Of a stretch of DNA of 64,000 bases, positions 9,655-19,600 are shown in pieces. The notes under the pieces were generated by a model, which worked only from the letters and a program-made list of their open reading frames with translations, was not told the origin of the DNA and did not search any database. The stretch is taken from positions 32,001 to 96,000 of IMG/VR virus record IMGVR_UViG_3300029922_000014; one strand, given 5' to 3'. This DNA is from a virus. How positions within the stretch are numbered: the first letter of the stretch is position 1; every line of letters begins with the position of its first letter. The translations under genes and the position numbers were made by a program.

Positions 9655-10167
9655 TCAGGGACGGCGCGGAGCGGGCTTCAGCGGGCCTTTCGGCGCCGTT
9701 CCCGCACTCGCTTTGGAGGCGTCGGAAGAATCTCCCGCACCACTCGCCGCGCTGCCCGCCGCAAGAGCATCAGGATCGACACCGTCATCCGCGTCGCCAG
9801 CGCTGCCGGTATCAGCAGCGGAAGCAGCAGCCGGAGCCGGTTTCGTGCGAGCCACAGGCGCAGGGACAGCTTTGCCCGAGAGGTACGCGCGGAGGTCCAC
9901 GTCCGAAAGCGGAGGAGCGGATTTGACGAGTTCTGCGGGAAACGGGCTCAGGGGACCGCGCACCCCACCGTCTCCACCGAATTGGCCGTAGTGTTCGCCG
10001 CGAACGACATAGATGGCCCGCGGGTTGCGGTCGCCCTTCTTGTCGCGCCAGGGGAGGACTTCGATCCGGCGCCCGGATGGGGTATAGACCCCGACGGCCA
10101 CGGACTGGGGGTTGTAGAAGAGCCGGCCTTCCGGTTCGTTGATCTCGTCGAGCGTTGGCAATGCCAT
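9655..10167 (-). CDS. hypothetical virion-associated protein
   Basis: AAGGA RBS; Ala/Pro-rich tail; located downstream of the capsid gene. Confidence 0.6.
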   Translation of the reverse strand: MALPTLDEINEPEGRLFYNPQSVAVGVYTPSGRRIEVLPWRDKKGDRNPRAIYVVRGEHYGQFGGDGGVRGPLSPFPAELVKSAPPLSDVDLRAYLSGKAVPAPVARTKPAPAAASAADTGSAGDADDGVDPDALAAGSAASGAGDSSDASKASAGTAPKGPLKPAPRRP

Positions 10168-10264
10168 ACGGTGTTTCCTTGGGTTCTGAGTAAGACCGCA
10201 CTGCGGTCAGATACCCAGGTTTAAGGCAAACCGATGGCGAAGGAAGGCAGCGGCGGGTGTTGAT

Positions 10265-10277
10265 TGACGTCGTGTCA
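10265..10277. repeat. dispersed palindrome, 1-mismatch variant
   Basis: gatTGACGTCGTGTCAatc. Confidence 0.8.
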
Positions 10278-10278
10278 A

Positions 10279-11049
10279 TCAGGGAACGTGCGCCCAAACC
10301 TTTCGGCTGACGATCATACTGACCGTCGGTCGGGAAACTCCGTAGTCTTTACCGACCGCCTCCTGAACCTCACCTGCGGCGCAGCGCGTACGGATCGCAC
10401 GAACATCAGCTTCGGTCAGTTTCGCGCCGCCAACACGCTCTCCGCGTGCAACATTGACCAGCCCGGCCGCAATGGCTTCTTTCCGGCCACGGTTTGCGTT
10501 GGGGATCTTGCGCGGAATGACTGGACGAACATTTCCCTCTTCGTCGAGAGCTTGAACGTTCTTCCATGTTTTGTGGTTGACGATTCTGCTGATTTGACCA
10601 GGAACCATAGCGTAGTCGAGACCAATGGCGTACTGCGTCTCTCCTGTGGCGTACCTGCGCCGTATTTCACGAACGTCATTTTCAGTTAGCTTGGCGTTAC
10701 CGTGCGCTTCGCCACGACCACAATCGGTAAGGCCGTTGGCGACCGCATGATCACGGTTCTCCTGATTCGTGGCATATTCTAAGTTCGACGCGGCATTGTT
10801 CGTCTTGTCTGTGTCCTTGTGATTGATCTGTGGGCGATCCACAGGTGGCGGTCCGTGAAAGGTCAGAGCGATGAGCCGATGAACATAGCGTGGGTGCCTG
10901 ATCTTATCCACGTACAGCGAAACGTTGCGGTATTCACCGCCGCGTGCGCTCTTGTAGGGCGTCAGAATCTTTCCGGTGTCACTGTTTCGGATGCTGCCAT
11001 CCTCATGAGCTTCATATGGTGGAAGGTCAGGGATAGGTGTCCAGGGCAT
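10279..11049 (-). CDS. HNH homing endonuclease with duplicated C-terminal HTH modules
   Basis: HRLIALTFHG, INHKDTDKTNN..SNLEY, and two copies of GE..G.AKLTE.DVR.IR. Confidence 0.9.
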   Translation of the reverse strand: MPWTPIPDLPPYEAHEDGSIRNSDTGKILTPYKSARGGEYRNVSLYVDKIRHPRYVHRLIALTFHGPPPVDRPQINHKDTDKTNNAASNLEYATNQENRDHAVANGLTDCGRGEAHGNAKLTENDVREIRRRYATGETQYAIGLDYAMVPGQISRIVNHKTWKNVQALDEEGNVRPVIPRKIPNANRGRKEAIAAGLVNVARGERVGGAKLTEADVRAIRTRCAAGEVQEAVGKDYGVSRPTVSMIVSRKVWAHVP

Positions 11050-11056
11050 GCCGCAC

Positions 11057-11083
11057 ATTATACAACATGCGCGTTGACGTCAA
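11057..11083 (-). promoter_or_regulatory. promoter TTGACG-N15-TATAAT, ATG 7 nt downstream (leaderless)
   Basis: Read directly on the minus strand. Confidence 0.65.
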
Positions 11084-11125
11084 ATCTATACAACGTGACG
11101 CGCTGACGCTACTGTAAATGCAAAC

Positions 11126-11157
11126 GAAGAAGGGCAGGATTGCTCCTGCCCTTCTTC
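11126..11157 (-). terminator. intrinsic terminator after the major capsid gene
   Basis: 14-bp stem GAAGAAGGGCAGGA / TCCTGCCCTTCTTC with a 4-nt loop, then a T-rich tail on the minus strand. Confidence 0.75.
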
Positions 11158-11176
11158 AGCCCCTCTGGACCGCGGT

Positions 11177-12652
11177 TTAGGCGGTGAGGCTGATTCGCAC
11201 GTACATAGCAGCATTCACAACTTTCGTTGCGTAGCGGCTGGCCATCCCCTTCTGGGTGACCATATTCGCAGTGGTCAACGGATCAGTTGTGTACATCATT
11301 TGGTAGGGCGACCACACATATCCCGCCTCATAGAATTGCGACCCCTTGTACCCCATCAGGATGTTGCCCGCCGAGGCGGCGCCGACTTCCTGGTCGAGCA
11401 GCAGGTCCTTGTAGACGCGGTAGCGCCCCAGCAAGGTCCCGATGAAGTGGGGACCGTTGATGTTGGACGGGCGCGGGGCGGCGACGAACATGCCGGCCGG
11501 CAGCGATTCGATGACGTTCGCCGCGCCGTTGTCGACCACGATCCAGTTGCCGTAGGCCTTCATGGTCTTGCGCTGGATGCTGTTGCTGGCCGCGTTCAGG
11601 ACGATGACGAGGTCCTTGAAATGGTCCTGCTGGTTGTAGTAACCGGCCGACGGCGCGCTGATCTGGAAGGTCTGGACGACCGGGGCGAGTTGGAACAACT
11701 CGCTGATGATCTGGCGGCTGATCTCGTAGTTCATCTGCTCGGCGGCGCCGGAGACAAGCGACGGTTCCAGGGCCACGCCCAGTTCGTTCATGACGTCGAA
11801 GACCGATTCCATCGAGTAGTTGAGGATGAGCGCACGGCGCTCGGTCTCGACGGTCGAGGTGACGATCTGCACGTCCACCTGGGGCACGGACAGCGAGCCT
11901 TCCGAGTCCCAGCGATAGGTCGCGGTGACCGGCTGGGCGTCGACGTTGCTGCCGAAGGTGATGGAGAACACGCCGGTGGCGTAGTTGATGCTGCCGGAGA
12001 GGCCGCCGGTCCAGCCACCGTTGCCGTTGTCCGACGCCGAGGTCAGGGTGGACGAGAGCGAGGCGGTGATGACCACGGTGCCGGGGCGCACGCCGCCGCC
12101 GTCGTGGAACTGGAGGGTGCCGGTGATGACCGCCGAGGAGCCGGTGCCGGTCGCGACCACTTCGACGTCGATCACTTCATTCGAGAAGTTGTAACCGATG
12201 TCCTGCTTGCCGCGGTTCGCGTCGAACAGGCGCTGGCCCGGAGCATACGAACCCTTGCCGGAGCCGACGACCCAGTTCCAGTAGATGATGGTCGAGGTGC
12301 GGCGGGTGGTGGGCTGCACCGAGACGAGGTCGTTCGCGATGTTGGTCGGGAAGCCGGCGCGGACGATCGGGTACAGATAGTCCGAGAAGCCGCCCACCAG
12401 CGCGGCGCGGGTCGCCTCGTTGATGTTGACGCGACCCTTCGAGTCGATCTTCGAGCGGGTGATGGCGGCGAGCCAGCGCTTGCTGTTTTCCAGCATGAGC
12501 GCGGTCTGGCTGCGGAGGATGTCATCCTCCATGCGCAGGTCGCCCTGATCGCTTTCCGCGAAGTATTCGCACCAGCCGCCTTCGGCTTCGGGGGTGGCGG
12601 CGAGGCGGAGGCCCGCTTCGTAAATCTTCTCGTAGGTGCCTTGGTCGGACAT
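11177..12652 (-). CDS. major capsid protein (T4 gp23-like)
   Basis: TALMLEN, LVSVQP, YSMES..D, EQMNYEISRQII, IGTL.GRYRVYKD, MGYKG..FYEAGYVWSPY, KGMASRYA. Confidence 0.95.
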   Translation of the reverse strand: MSDQGTYEKIYEAGLRLAATPEAEGGWCEYFAESDQGDLRMEDDILRSQTALMLENSKRWLAAITRSKIDSKGRVNINEATRAALVGGFSDYLYPIVRAGFPTNIANDLVSVQPTTRRTSTIIYWNWVVGSGKGSYAPGQRLFDANRGKQDIGYNFSNEVIDVEVVATGTGSSAVITGTLQFHDGGGVRPGTVVITASLSSTLTSASDNGNGGWTGGLSGSINYATGVFSITFGSNVDAQPVTATYRWDSEGSLSVPQVDVQIVTSTVETERRALILNYSMESVFDVMNELGVALEPSLVSGAAEQMNYEISRQIISELFQLAPVVQTFQISAPSAGYYNQQDHFKDLVIVLNAASNSIQRKTMKAYGNWIVVDNGAANVIESLPAGMFVAAPRPSNINGPHFIGTLLGRYRVYKDLLLDQEVGAASAGNILMGYKGSQFYEAGYVWSPYQMMYTTDPLTTANMVTQKGMASRYATKVVNAAMYVRISLTA

Positions 12653-12742
12653 GGGATGAACTCCTGAATCTGGGGGGTTGGGTATAGACGTACAGAACGC
12701 TTGCGGCCTGCCAAGACGCTTTACCCGCAGGCTTGATGACGA

Positions 12743-14242
12743 CTACTTGAGCGTGGAGCGCTTGATGATCTTGGCGGCGAGGGCGACCCCGCCTTCCGCA
12801 ACGATCTTGTCCTGGTTTTCGGAGATGGACTCCGAGACCACAGAAAGACCGGTGGGGAGTGACCGACGCTTCTTGGGCGGGGCGATGGCGTTGGTCTGCG
12901 CTTCGGCCACGGGGACCTGGGCATGCACGACCTTGGTGAGATCACGAATGGTGGCGTTGAGTTCCACGAGGCTGGTGGCCTCCTCCAACTTGAGCCGGTG
13001 AGGGGCCAAGTCGGGCATTTCTTTCACCGCTTCTTCCACCGCCGCCTTCAGAGGCGATTCGGTTTTCCGCTTCGACTGCTTCGCGATCACGTCAGTAGCT
13101 GCCTCCAAACGGGCGGCCATCTTGGCGTTTTCTTCGACTTCGGCTGCGAGCTTGTCTTGAAGCATTGACACCGTGTCAGTTGCTTCAACCAGCTTGGCAT
13201 CCGCGTCGCTGAGCCGTTCACGCAGCCCGACGTTCTCCTGAACGGAGATGTCGACCTGCCGCTGCAACGTCTCGATGACCGGGGTGAACGTCTTGGCGGG
13301 TGCTTTCGGCTTGAGCAATTCGATGGATTCGGACAGCTTGCGCTGCAACCACCCACGAACGTTCTTTGCCTCCTGCGCGTCGATCAGCGCCTCCGCCTCG
13401 AAGTCGTTCACCTGCTTGAATCGGGTGACCAGCGACGACGCAAAGGCGTGCTGTTCCGTTTCAGTCAGGGTTGCGACTACGGTGGCGTTGGCGTCGGTCG
13501 CGCTTTCGACCAGGGCCTTCACTTCCTCGCTCATCTCTCCAGAGACCTTCACAGCCTCCGGCATCTTGTTCCCGATCAGCGTCGGGTACGCCCCGGGAGT
13601 GCTGGGGCGCATGACGGCGTCCCAGGTCTCAACCAGAAAGTCGGATTCACTGACGGTACCCTCGGCATTGACCGAACCGATACCGCGACTGGAAACACCC
13701 CAGCGAATGTTCTTGAGGGTGTATTCCTGAAGGATCAGGCCATGGGGGGTGTCGAGAAGTTCAGCCTTCCCCCACACGACACCGTCTTCGTTCAGCTTGA
13801 GGTCGGTGACCAGGAGAGCGCCGAGGGGTCCGTAGGTGCGACCGTTCTCAGGATGCTCGAAAAGTCCGAGCATGGCACGCTTGCGCATCGCCTCCATGAC
13901 CGCCGACTTGTTGGCAATCAGACGTTCCCAGACCTTGCGCGGGTAGGTGCGGCCATTGGCATTCTTGACATCGGAACGCTGGAACGGTCCTTCAACCATC
14001 CACTTGCCGTCCTTGACGTACTTCTTGCCATTCTCGCGTTCGAGGAGGTCGAGCTTGTCGATGCTCTCGACGAGAACGCGCCCATCGCCCTGACAGGATT
14101 CGGTCAGCAGTTTTCCGGCCGGGGTGGCTTGGCCTTCGACCACGAAGACCTTCTGCCCCTGCTGCACATAGCGCAGATCGGGGAAGAAGGCGCCTTCGTA
14201 GCCTTCACAGATCCGAACGCGCTTCGCTTGGGAGTTGGACAT
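12743..14242 (-). CDS. prohead protease (T4 gp21-like) fused to a coiled-coil scaffold
   Basis: GPFQRSDVKNANGRTYP, LG.FEHP, GKAELLDTPHG, GVSSRGIGS, WDAV.RPSTPGAYP, followed by about 250 aa of acidic coiled coil. Confidence 0.9.
   Translation of the reverse strand: MSNSQAKRVRICEGYEGAFFPDLRYVQQGQKVFVVEGQATPAGKLLTESCQGDGRVLVESIDKLDLLERENGKKYVKDGKWMVEGPFQRSDVKNANGRTYPRKVWERLIANKSAVMEAMRKRAMLGLFEHPENGRTYGPLGALLVTDLKLNEDGVVWGKAELLDTPHGLILQEYTLKNIRWGVSSRGIGSVNAEGTVSESDFLVETWDAVMRPSTPGAYPTLIGNKMPEAVKVSGEMSEEVKALVESATDANATVVATLTETEQHAFASSLVTRFKQVNDFEAEALIDAQEAKNVRGWLQRKLSESIELLKPKAPAKTFTPVIETLQRQVDISVQENVGLRERLSDADAKLVEATDTVSMLQDKLAAEVEENAKMAARLEAATDVIAKQSKRKTESPLKAAVEEAVKEMPDLAPHRLKLEEATSLVELNATIRDLTKVVHAQVPVAEAQTNAIAPPKKRRSLPTGLSVVSESISENQDKIVAEGGVALAAKIIKRSTLK
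13166..13178. repeat. dispersed palindrome (inside protease-scaffold gene)
   Basis: atTGACACCGTGTCAgt. Confidence 0.9.
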
Positions 14243-14570
14243 AGGTGCCTTCGGGTTCGATCGTGAAAGGGCTCTGAGTTGAACCGCGGATGGTGCGGTC
14301 GAAGAGCGAGATGATGCGACCATCACGCAGGATGGCTTGGGCGCTCCCGAACTCCTTCGCCCTATCTATAGCTTCGTTGCCGATTTGCCGCAATCCCCAA
14401 ACCGCAAACCTCATCTGTACGGTGGGCAGATCAGCACCAAGCCGATAGCTCGTGTGATCGCGGTCGTCGAGAAATATGCTGAACTGACCGGTCGAGCGAT
14501 AATAGGTCAGAACGAAGAAACGCCCGGGAAGTTTGTCTGGGAGTTTCGCCCGCACGCCCTGACGGGGCAT
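14205..14570 (-). CDS. hypothetical protein
   Basis: AAGGG RBS; in the head gene cluster. Confidence 0.55.
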   Translation of the reverse strand: MPRQGVRAKLPDKLPGRFFVLTYYRSTGQFSIFLDDRDHTSYRLGADLPTVQMRFAVWGLRQIGNEAIDRAKEFGSAQAILRDGRIISLFDRTIRGSTQSPFTIEPEGTYVQLPSEARSDL

Positions 14571-14632
14571 GATGATGCCCTTGCGGTCTGTTTGCGCGTT
14601 GGCGTCGCGTAGCGGAGGGATGATGGAGCGGA

Positions 14633-14860
14633 TCACGCTGCGCCTCCGCCCCCGCCTCCGCTGGCTCCTGCACCTCCGGAACCGCCCACTGCACCCGCCC
14701 CAGAGGCTCCTGGAGCGCTTCCGCCGCCGTTCGAGATACCGCCAGCCGGGGCGGTCGTCAGACCCTTCCCAGGAGGCAGGCCGGTCTTGCGCTTCTTCGT
14801 CTTCTTGTTGCGGATTTTGAGGGCCGCTTCCATGAGTGAACGCGTATCCACAGGCGTCAC
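14633..14860 (-). CDS. small basic Gly-rich protein
   Basis: GTGA overlap with the upstream gene; LMEAA then a Lys-rich and Gly-rich tail. Confidence 0.5.
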   Translation of the reverse strand: MTPVDTRSLMEAALKIRNKKTKKRKTGLPPGKGLTTAPAGGISNGGGSAPGASGAGAVGGSGGAGASGGGGGGAA

Positions 14861-15417
14861 TCGAACGGAATCAGGAGATCCTGCACCTTGACAAAACGAC
14901 CGTTGTAGTGGGTGACCACAGCGCGTCCGTACGGCGCAGCCTGCCCAGCAGTGGTGACCACGGCAAAGCCAGCGAAGAACGGCTTGGTGATGGTTTCGAT
15001 GGACAGGACCACTTTGGCGCCCGGCTGGACGGTAAGCGGAGTGCCGCCTGCGATATTCGCACCGTTGTAACGCAGGGCGATCCCCGCGTACGCGTCGGTG
15101 TTGCCATTGTCGTTCGACTGCCGCACGGTGAAGTCATACGCCGCCAAGCCGAAGTTCTCCAGGCTCACCAACAGCGGCAGGCGAATGTCGAGCGGCGTCT
15201 GGTATAACGTGTTGTTCGCCGGGAAGGCGACCGGCGACTGCGGCGCTGGCAGCGTCTTGATGATCTTGTCCGAAAGCAGAGTCGGAACCTGGAAGGCGAA
15301 CACCTTGCTGGGACCAGGAGACGGCACGGGACCGGGCGTCCCCCCCGCGTTGTAGTACGTCGCGGGGTTGACGCCGATCAGGAACTCGTCGTGGCGCGGA
15401 TAGTGCTCAAAGCCCAT
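14857..15417 (-). CDS. hypothetical (beta-rich, possibly virion) protein
   Basis: Clean ORF in the head cluster. Confidence 0.6.
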   Translation of the reverse strand: MGFEHYPRHDEFLIGVNPATYYNAGGTPGPVPSPGPSKVFAFQVPTLLSDKIIKTLPAPQSPVAFPANNTLYQTPLDIRLPLLVSLENFGLAAYDFTVRQSNDNGNTDAYAGIALRYNGANIAGGTPLTVQPGAKVVLSIETITKPFFAGFAVVTTAGQAAPYGRAVVTHYNGRFVKVQDLLIPFE

Positions 15418-15434
15418 GGGGAGTTGCCTTCGAT

Positions 15435-15485
15435 TGACACGGTGTCAGTTGAACGATGCACAGATGGCGGACTGACACGATGTCA
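15435..15485. repeat. two adjacent palindrome copies (15435-15447 and 15473-15485)
   Basis: atTGACACGGTGTCAgt and ggcggacTGACACGATGTCAgtccgcc. Confidence 0.9.
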
Positions 15486-15497
15486 GTCCGCCGCCGA

Positions 15498-15908
15498 TCA
15501 CATCAGGATCAACTGCTGGCCGACCGACTGCATGCGACGGATCTGCATCTGCCCACGGCCATTGCCGGAAGCGAGCAGGCGCAGGTAGTTGTCGATGCCG
15601 TTGCGCATCAGGAAGGTGTAATCGAGCATGCCGAGCGCCACCAAGGTGACGTTGGTCACGACCACGAGGTTGCTGTTGACGGTCAGCGCGTTCCACGAGG
15701 AACCGTCAGCCGACACCTGCAACGAGAAGGTCAGGGGGCCGTTGGTGACCGCGAAGGCCGCGGTGCCGCCGGAAAGCGACGGGCACAGGAAGGTGGTCTT
15801 GACCAAACCGCCGGAGTGCGGGTTGTTTTTGAACCGCAGGACTTCGGTGAGGGTCGAAGGGGCACCGAAATCATATTCGTCGACGGCTGCGACTTGGAGA
15901 CCGGGCAT
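15498..15908 (-). CDS. hypothetical (beta-sandwich-like) protein
   Basis: GAGGAG RBS; LQVS.DGSSW and YLRL motifs. Confidence 0.6.
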   Translation of the reverse strand: MPGLQVAAVDEYDFGAPSTLTEVLRFKNNPHSGGLVKTTFLCPSLSGGTAAFAVTNGPLTFSLQVSADGSSWNALTVNSNLVVVTNVTLVALGMLDYTFLMRNGIDNYLRLLASGNGRGQMQIRRMQSVGQQLILM

Positions 15909-15946
15909 GTGAAACTCCTCTGCAAGGGGATGCCTGTGACCGTAGG

Positions 15947-16669
15947 TTAGAGATGCGACCGCGCAAGCGCATCCAGCGGCAGGTTGGAGACCGCGACAAA
16001 CGTCTCTCCGAAGTAAACTCTGGACGGAGACATCTCTGCGAAGCTCGCGCGCAACAGGTCGAGGTCTCCGGGGGGACAGTCCTTATCCCACCACGCAGGA
16101 ACGAACCCGGCTGCCCAACTCGTTTCATTCGCGGTGTTGGCGTCGTGAAACTCGTCGAAGGCCATGACGTCGATGATGCGATCGGTTTCCGGGTCCTTCA
16201 CTTGAATACACAGCGTCTTGCGCGGAGCAATCGCAGTGACTGCGGCAAGCTGCACGGGGCGAGCATTGATGTAGTCGCGCCATTCTTTGAACGCTGGGCG
16301 CAACTCTTCATCCAGATACGCACCGAAGGAGTCCAGTTTTGCATTGTACGCCGCCCGGTTGAGGTCCTGGTCGGCGTGCCCGTTGTTGATCCAGGCCCAA
16401 TCCTCTTCCGAATCCGGCGACGAAAAATACAGATGCGCCGGATTCGCTCCGGCAATCGTCCAACAGTCCGCGCCGTTAGGAATCACAGCGCCGTTGAAAA
16501 CGAACATCCCTTCGTTGAGCGCCCACTGCTCCAACCGCCACCAGTTCGTAGACATGGCGATCGTTTTCGTCGGCCCGCTGATCACGAAGTCGAGCGGGTG
16601 TTCTTCTCCGCCTTTGATGTAAAGGACCAGACCGCGCGCACAGTCTTTAAGGAACGGGTGCATGGTCAC
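15947..16669 (-). CDS. hypothetical protein
   Basis: Overlap-coupled to the giant gene. Confidence 0.6.
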   Translation of the reverse strand: MTMHPFLKDCARGLVLYIKGGEEHPLDFVISGPTKTIAMSTNWWRLEQWALNEGMFVFNGAVIPNGADCWTIAGANPAHLYFSSPDSEEDWAWINNGHADQDLNRAAYNAKLDSFGAYLDEELRPAFKEWRDYINARPVQLAAVTAIAPRKTLCIQVKDPETDRIIDVMAFDEFHDANTANETSWAAGFVPAWWDKDCPPGDLDLLRASFAEMSPSRVYFGETFVAVSNLPLDALARSHL

Positions 16670-19600
16670 TCCCAGGTCGCATTTTCACGGACAACGAAAA
16701 CCTTCTCGGGCGTGCGTCCGCGTGCGAACGACGTCCATCCAGCGGCTGCACAAATTGCCAAGGCCTTCTTCACTTTGTCTCCGTCGGAAAGTACCACTGT
16801 ATGCAAATACTTCCGCACGTCGAGCGCATTGCGAACATGAAACTGCCACTGCGATCCAGGACTGACCGAATCGCCCAAGTCGCCAACGAGGCTGCCGGAA
16901 TTCGACTTGGCGTTCTTCCATGACTCCGGGGTCAGGTACCGTTTCGCCGTCACGCTTCCGTAGGCGTCAATGGATTCGGTATCGTTGGCACCACCGACCA
17001 CGACGACGTCAGTGCGCAGGAATGCCGACGGGTCGAAGTACAGAATGAGATCCGGCTGATTGACGATCTTGCGCATGCAGGCAAAGAAGCCCTGACCGCC
17101 GCCGACACGCAGGTCCTTTTCTGCGGAGGAGTTGCCCGCTGCATTCGAGCCTACGCCCATCGGAAGACCGTACAGACGTTTGATGTAGGCAGCAAAAATG
17201 GCACCGTTGTTTGCCGTCAGCTTCTGCATCATCGTAAGCACGTTATCGACGCGGTGGGCCAGGAACACCTTTCCGAACTTGGCGACGATGTCTTCGCGCG
17301 TCACCCCCACACGATAGGACTCACCGAAGCCAACATCGTTGGGATGGTGAAACTCTGGGTTCCATCCAGGGAGATCCTTCAACTTGGCCGGGGTGGTGTT
17401 GAGCTTGGCAGCCAGGATCGCAGACAGCTTCGTGCGGGCCGCTTCCGCGTTTCCGCCCTGGTAGTCGGCCATTGCCTGCTTGTATGCGCCGTCGGTGACG
17501 TCACTGCCCTCTTCGCCGGGTTTGAATCCGGTGCCCGTGTCCTGTGCCAGATACACCTGCTTCGCGAGGTACAGCACCTCCTTGTCTTTATCCGTCGGCG
17601 GCTTCATGCCGATACCGGCCGCACGTTCAAACAGGTTCAGGAGTGCGGCGACATGGGCCACGGTCGGCTCGCCCGGAATGATTCCCCAAACCTGCCCACG
17701 GAAGGATTTTACCTCGCCGTGCGGGCTGTTGAAGTACACCGTCGCACCAGGGACCTGCGTAGACGTGATGACGAACTGCGTCTGCCCGTGCCCATTCGGC
17801 TTGACCAATGCCATCGGGGTAATGTCCATCTTGACGTTCTTGCCGGTAGGCGCGCTGTCCGGCATGAACCCGGAATCGACCCGCTTCTTGATGGTGATGT
17901 CGGATGGTTCAGAGGTGTCGGATGCCGATGCTTCTGGCGCCCACACGAACGGTTCGATGGGGGGCAGCTTCTTTCCAATCTGCGCCTGCGGATTCTTGCC
18001 TGCCTCTTCGATGGCGAGACAGAAGGGCAGATACTTCGCGATCATGGCGCGCACAACTGCCTTCGGGATGGTCTGATAGTTGCCCTCGCCGTGCACATCA
18101 AGCAGCAGCGCCTGAAGTTGTTTCCGCACCGCAATCACTGCTTCGACCTTGGCCACCTTGATGTTGCCGTCGTTGTGCTCGAAGCAGTGGCTGTCGACGG
18201 AGCGCTGTGCGTCATAAATGACACCGTAGAAGGGCGAACCGCGAACAGCGCTGTCGAAAGGAAGCACCGCAGGTCCGGTTGACTCAACCACGCCACAGAC
18301 AGCGCCGAGCTTTGCGATTGCAGCAACTGCCGCATGGCGGGCCACACGAAAATAAATCACGGTGCCGGCGGTTTCGGTGGTCCCCGAGAGGATGACGCGC
18401 TTGACCATCACCTCCTGGTTGTCGATGGCATCGCGGTCGATCTGCATGCTGCGCCCGGCCCATTGCGCCTGCGCAGCGATCGACACCGACTTGTGCTCCT
18501 CATCAGAGAACCCCTGCTTGTCGGGGTAGTCGTGCAGATGCGCAGGAACGCTCGACGGCAGGGTGTACGACTTGGTGTATGCCGCCCACTCCCACTTCTC
18601 GCCGCGCTGCTTGGCCAGCTTCGCCATCTCGGCAGTCCAGGCTTCGACATACCCATCACGCCGGGTTTTCATCCGCGCCAGAAGCCCGGCGAGCTTGGAG
18701 TCGGAATAGCCGCCCTCCTGTGCGATAGGCGCGATGGTGCTTTCGAGGTCGTCATCCGTGATCGCAGCCACCCGCAGCATGGTCTTGCGCATCGCAGCGA
18801 AGACGGCGGGTGCAATGACGGTCTTTGATTTTGACCAGTCGATGAGCAATTGCTTCGCGACCGGCTGCCCGACATTGCCCGGCGCATTCCAGGCCGGGTC
18901 CAACGACTCTTCGATGCCTTTGGTGACGAACTTGAAGGCCTGCCCGATGTCGATCGGCACCAGCTTTCCGGTGGTAGTGCGCAGCCAGTTGTTTCCGTGC
19001 CCGTCGTGGTTGCCAACGAACATGTCGAACACGTGCTGCTGCATGATCGCGATCATGTCGGATTCGGAGAGGTCTTTGGACGTGTCGACCGCGAATCCGA
19101 GTTCTTTCGCGTCTGCGATGAACGGTTGTGCGGAATACGTCTTTCCGCCGAGTTTGACCACGGTCGCTGGGACGTTGTTGTCCTTGACCATGTTCGCGAG
19201 CTTGAACGCCGCGGCATCGGTGAATGGGCGGATGGCATTGGAGTCCCCGTGCGCGGGCGCCTTGAGGATCCACTTCGCGCCGTCGGCAGTCGTAGCGAAG
19301 AAGATCGGCTTCGATCCGCCGCCAGGACCAGCACCGGCAAGGGTCAGCTTGTCGCCGGAGAGCGCGAGCGTCTTCGTGATCAGGGGATCAGAGGTGATGC
19401 TGGGAGGCGGCAGCATCTGCGTGGCATTTGCCGGCGGTGCCTTCGCGCTGCCCTTCTTCTGCTTGAGCGCAGCGCGGGCCTTCAGGCAGTTGAGCATGAT
19501 CGCTTTGAGCTTCCACGGCATTCCAGGCAGGAAGAGCGTGGCGGCGGGCTTGATCAGTTCCTTTGAGACCTGCGCGTAATGTGGGAACTCCGCCTCCTTC

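Noticed and set aside
8352-11049. Group I introns or inteins around the HNH genes
   Set aside because: The flanking genes appear complete with their own starts and stops, and no split ORF or intein termini were seen.
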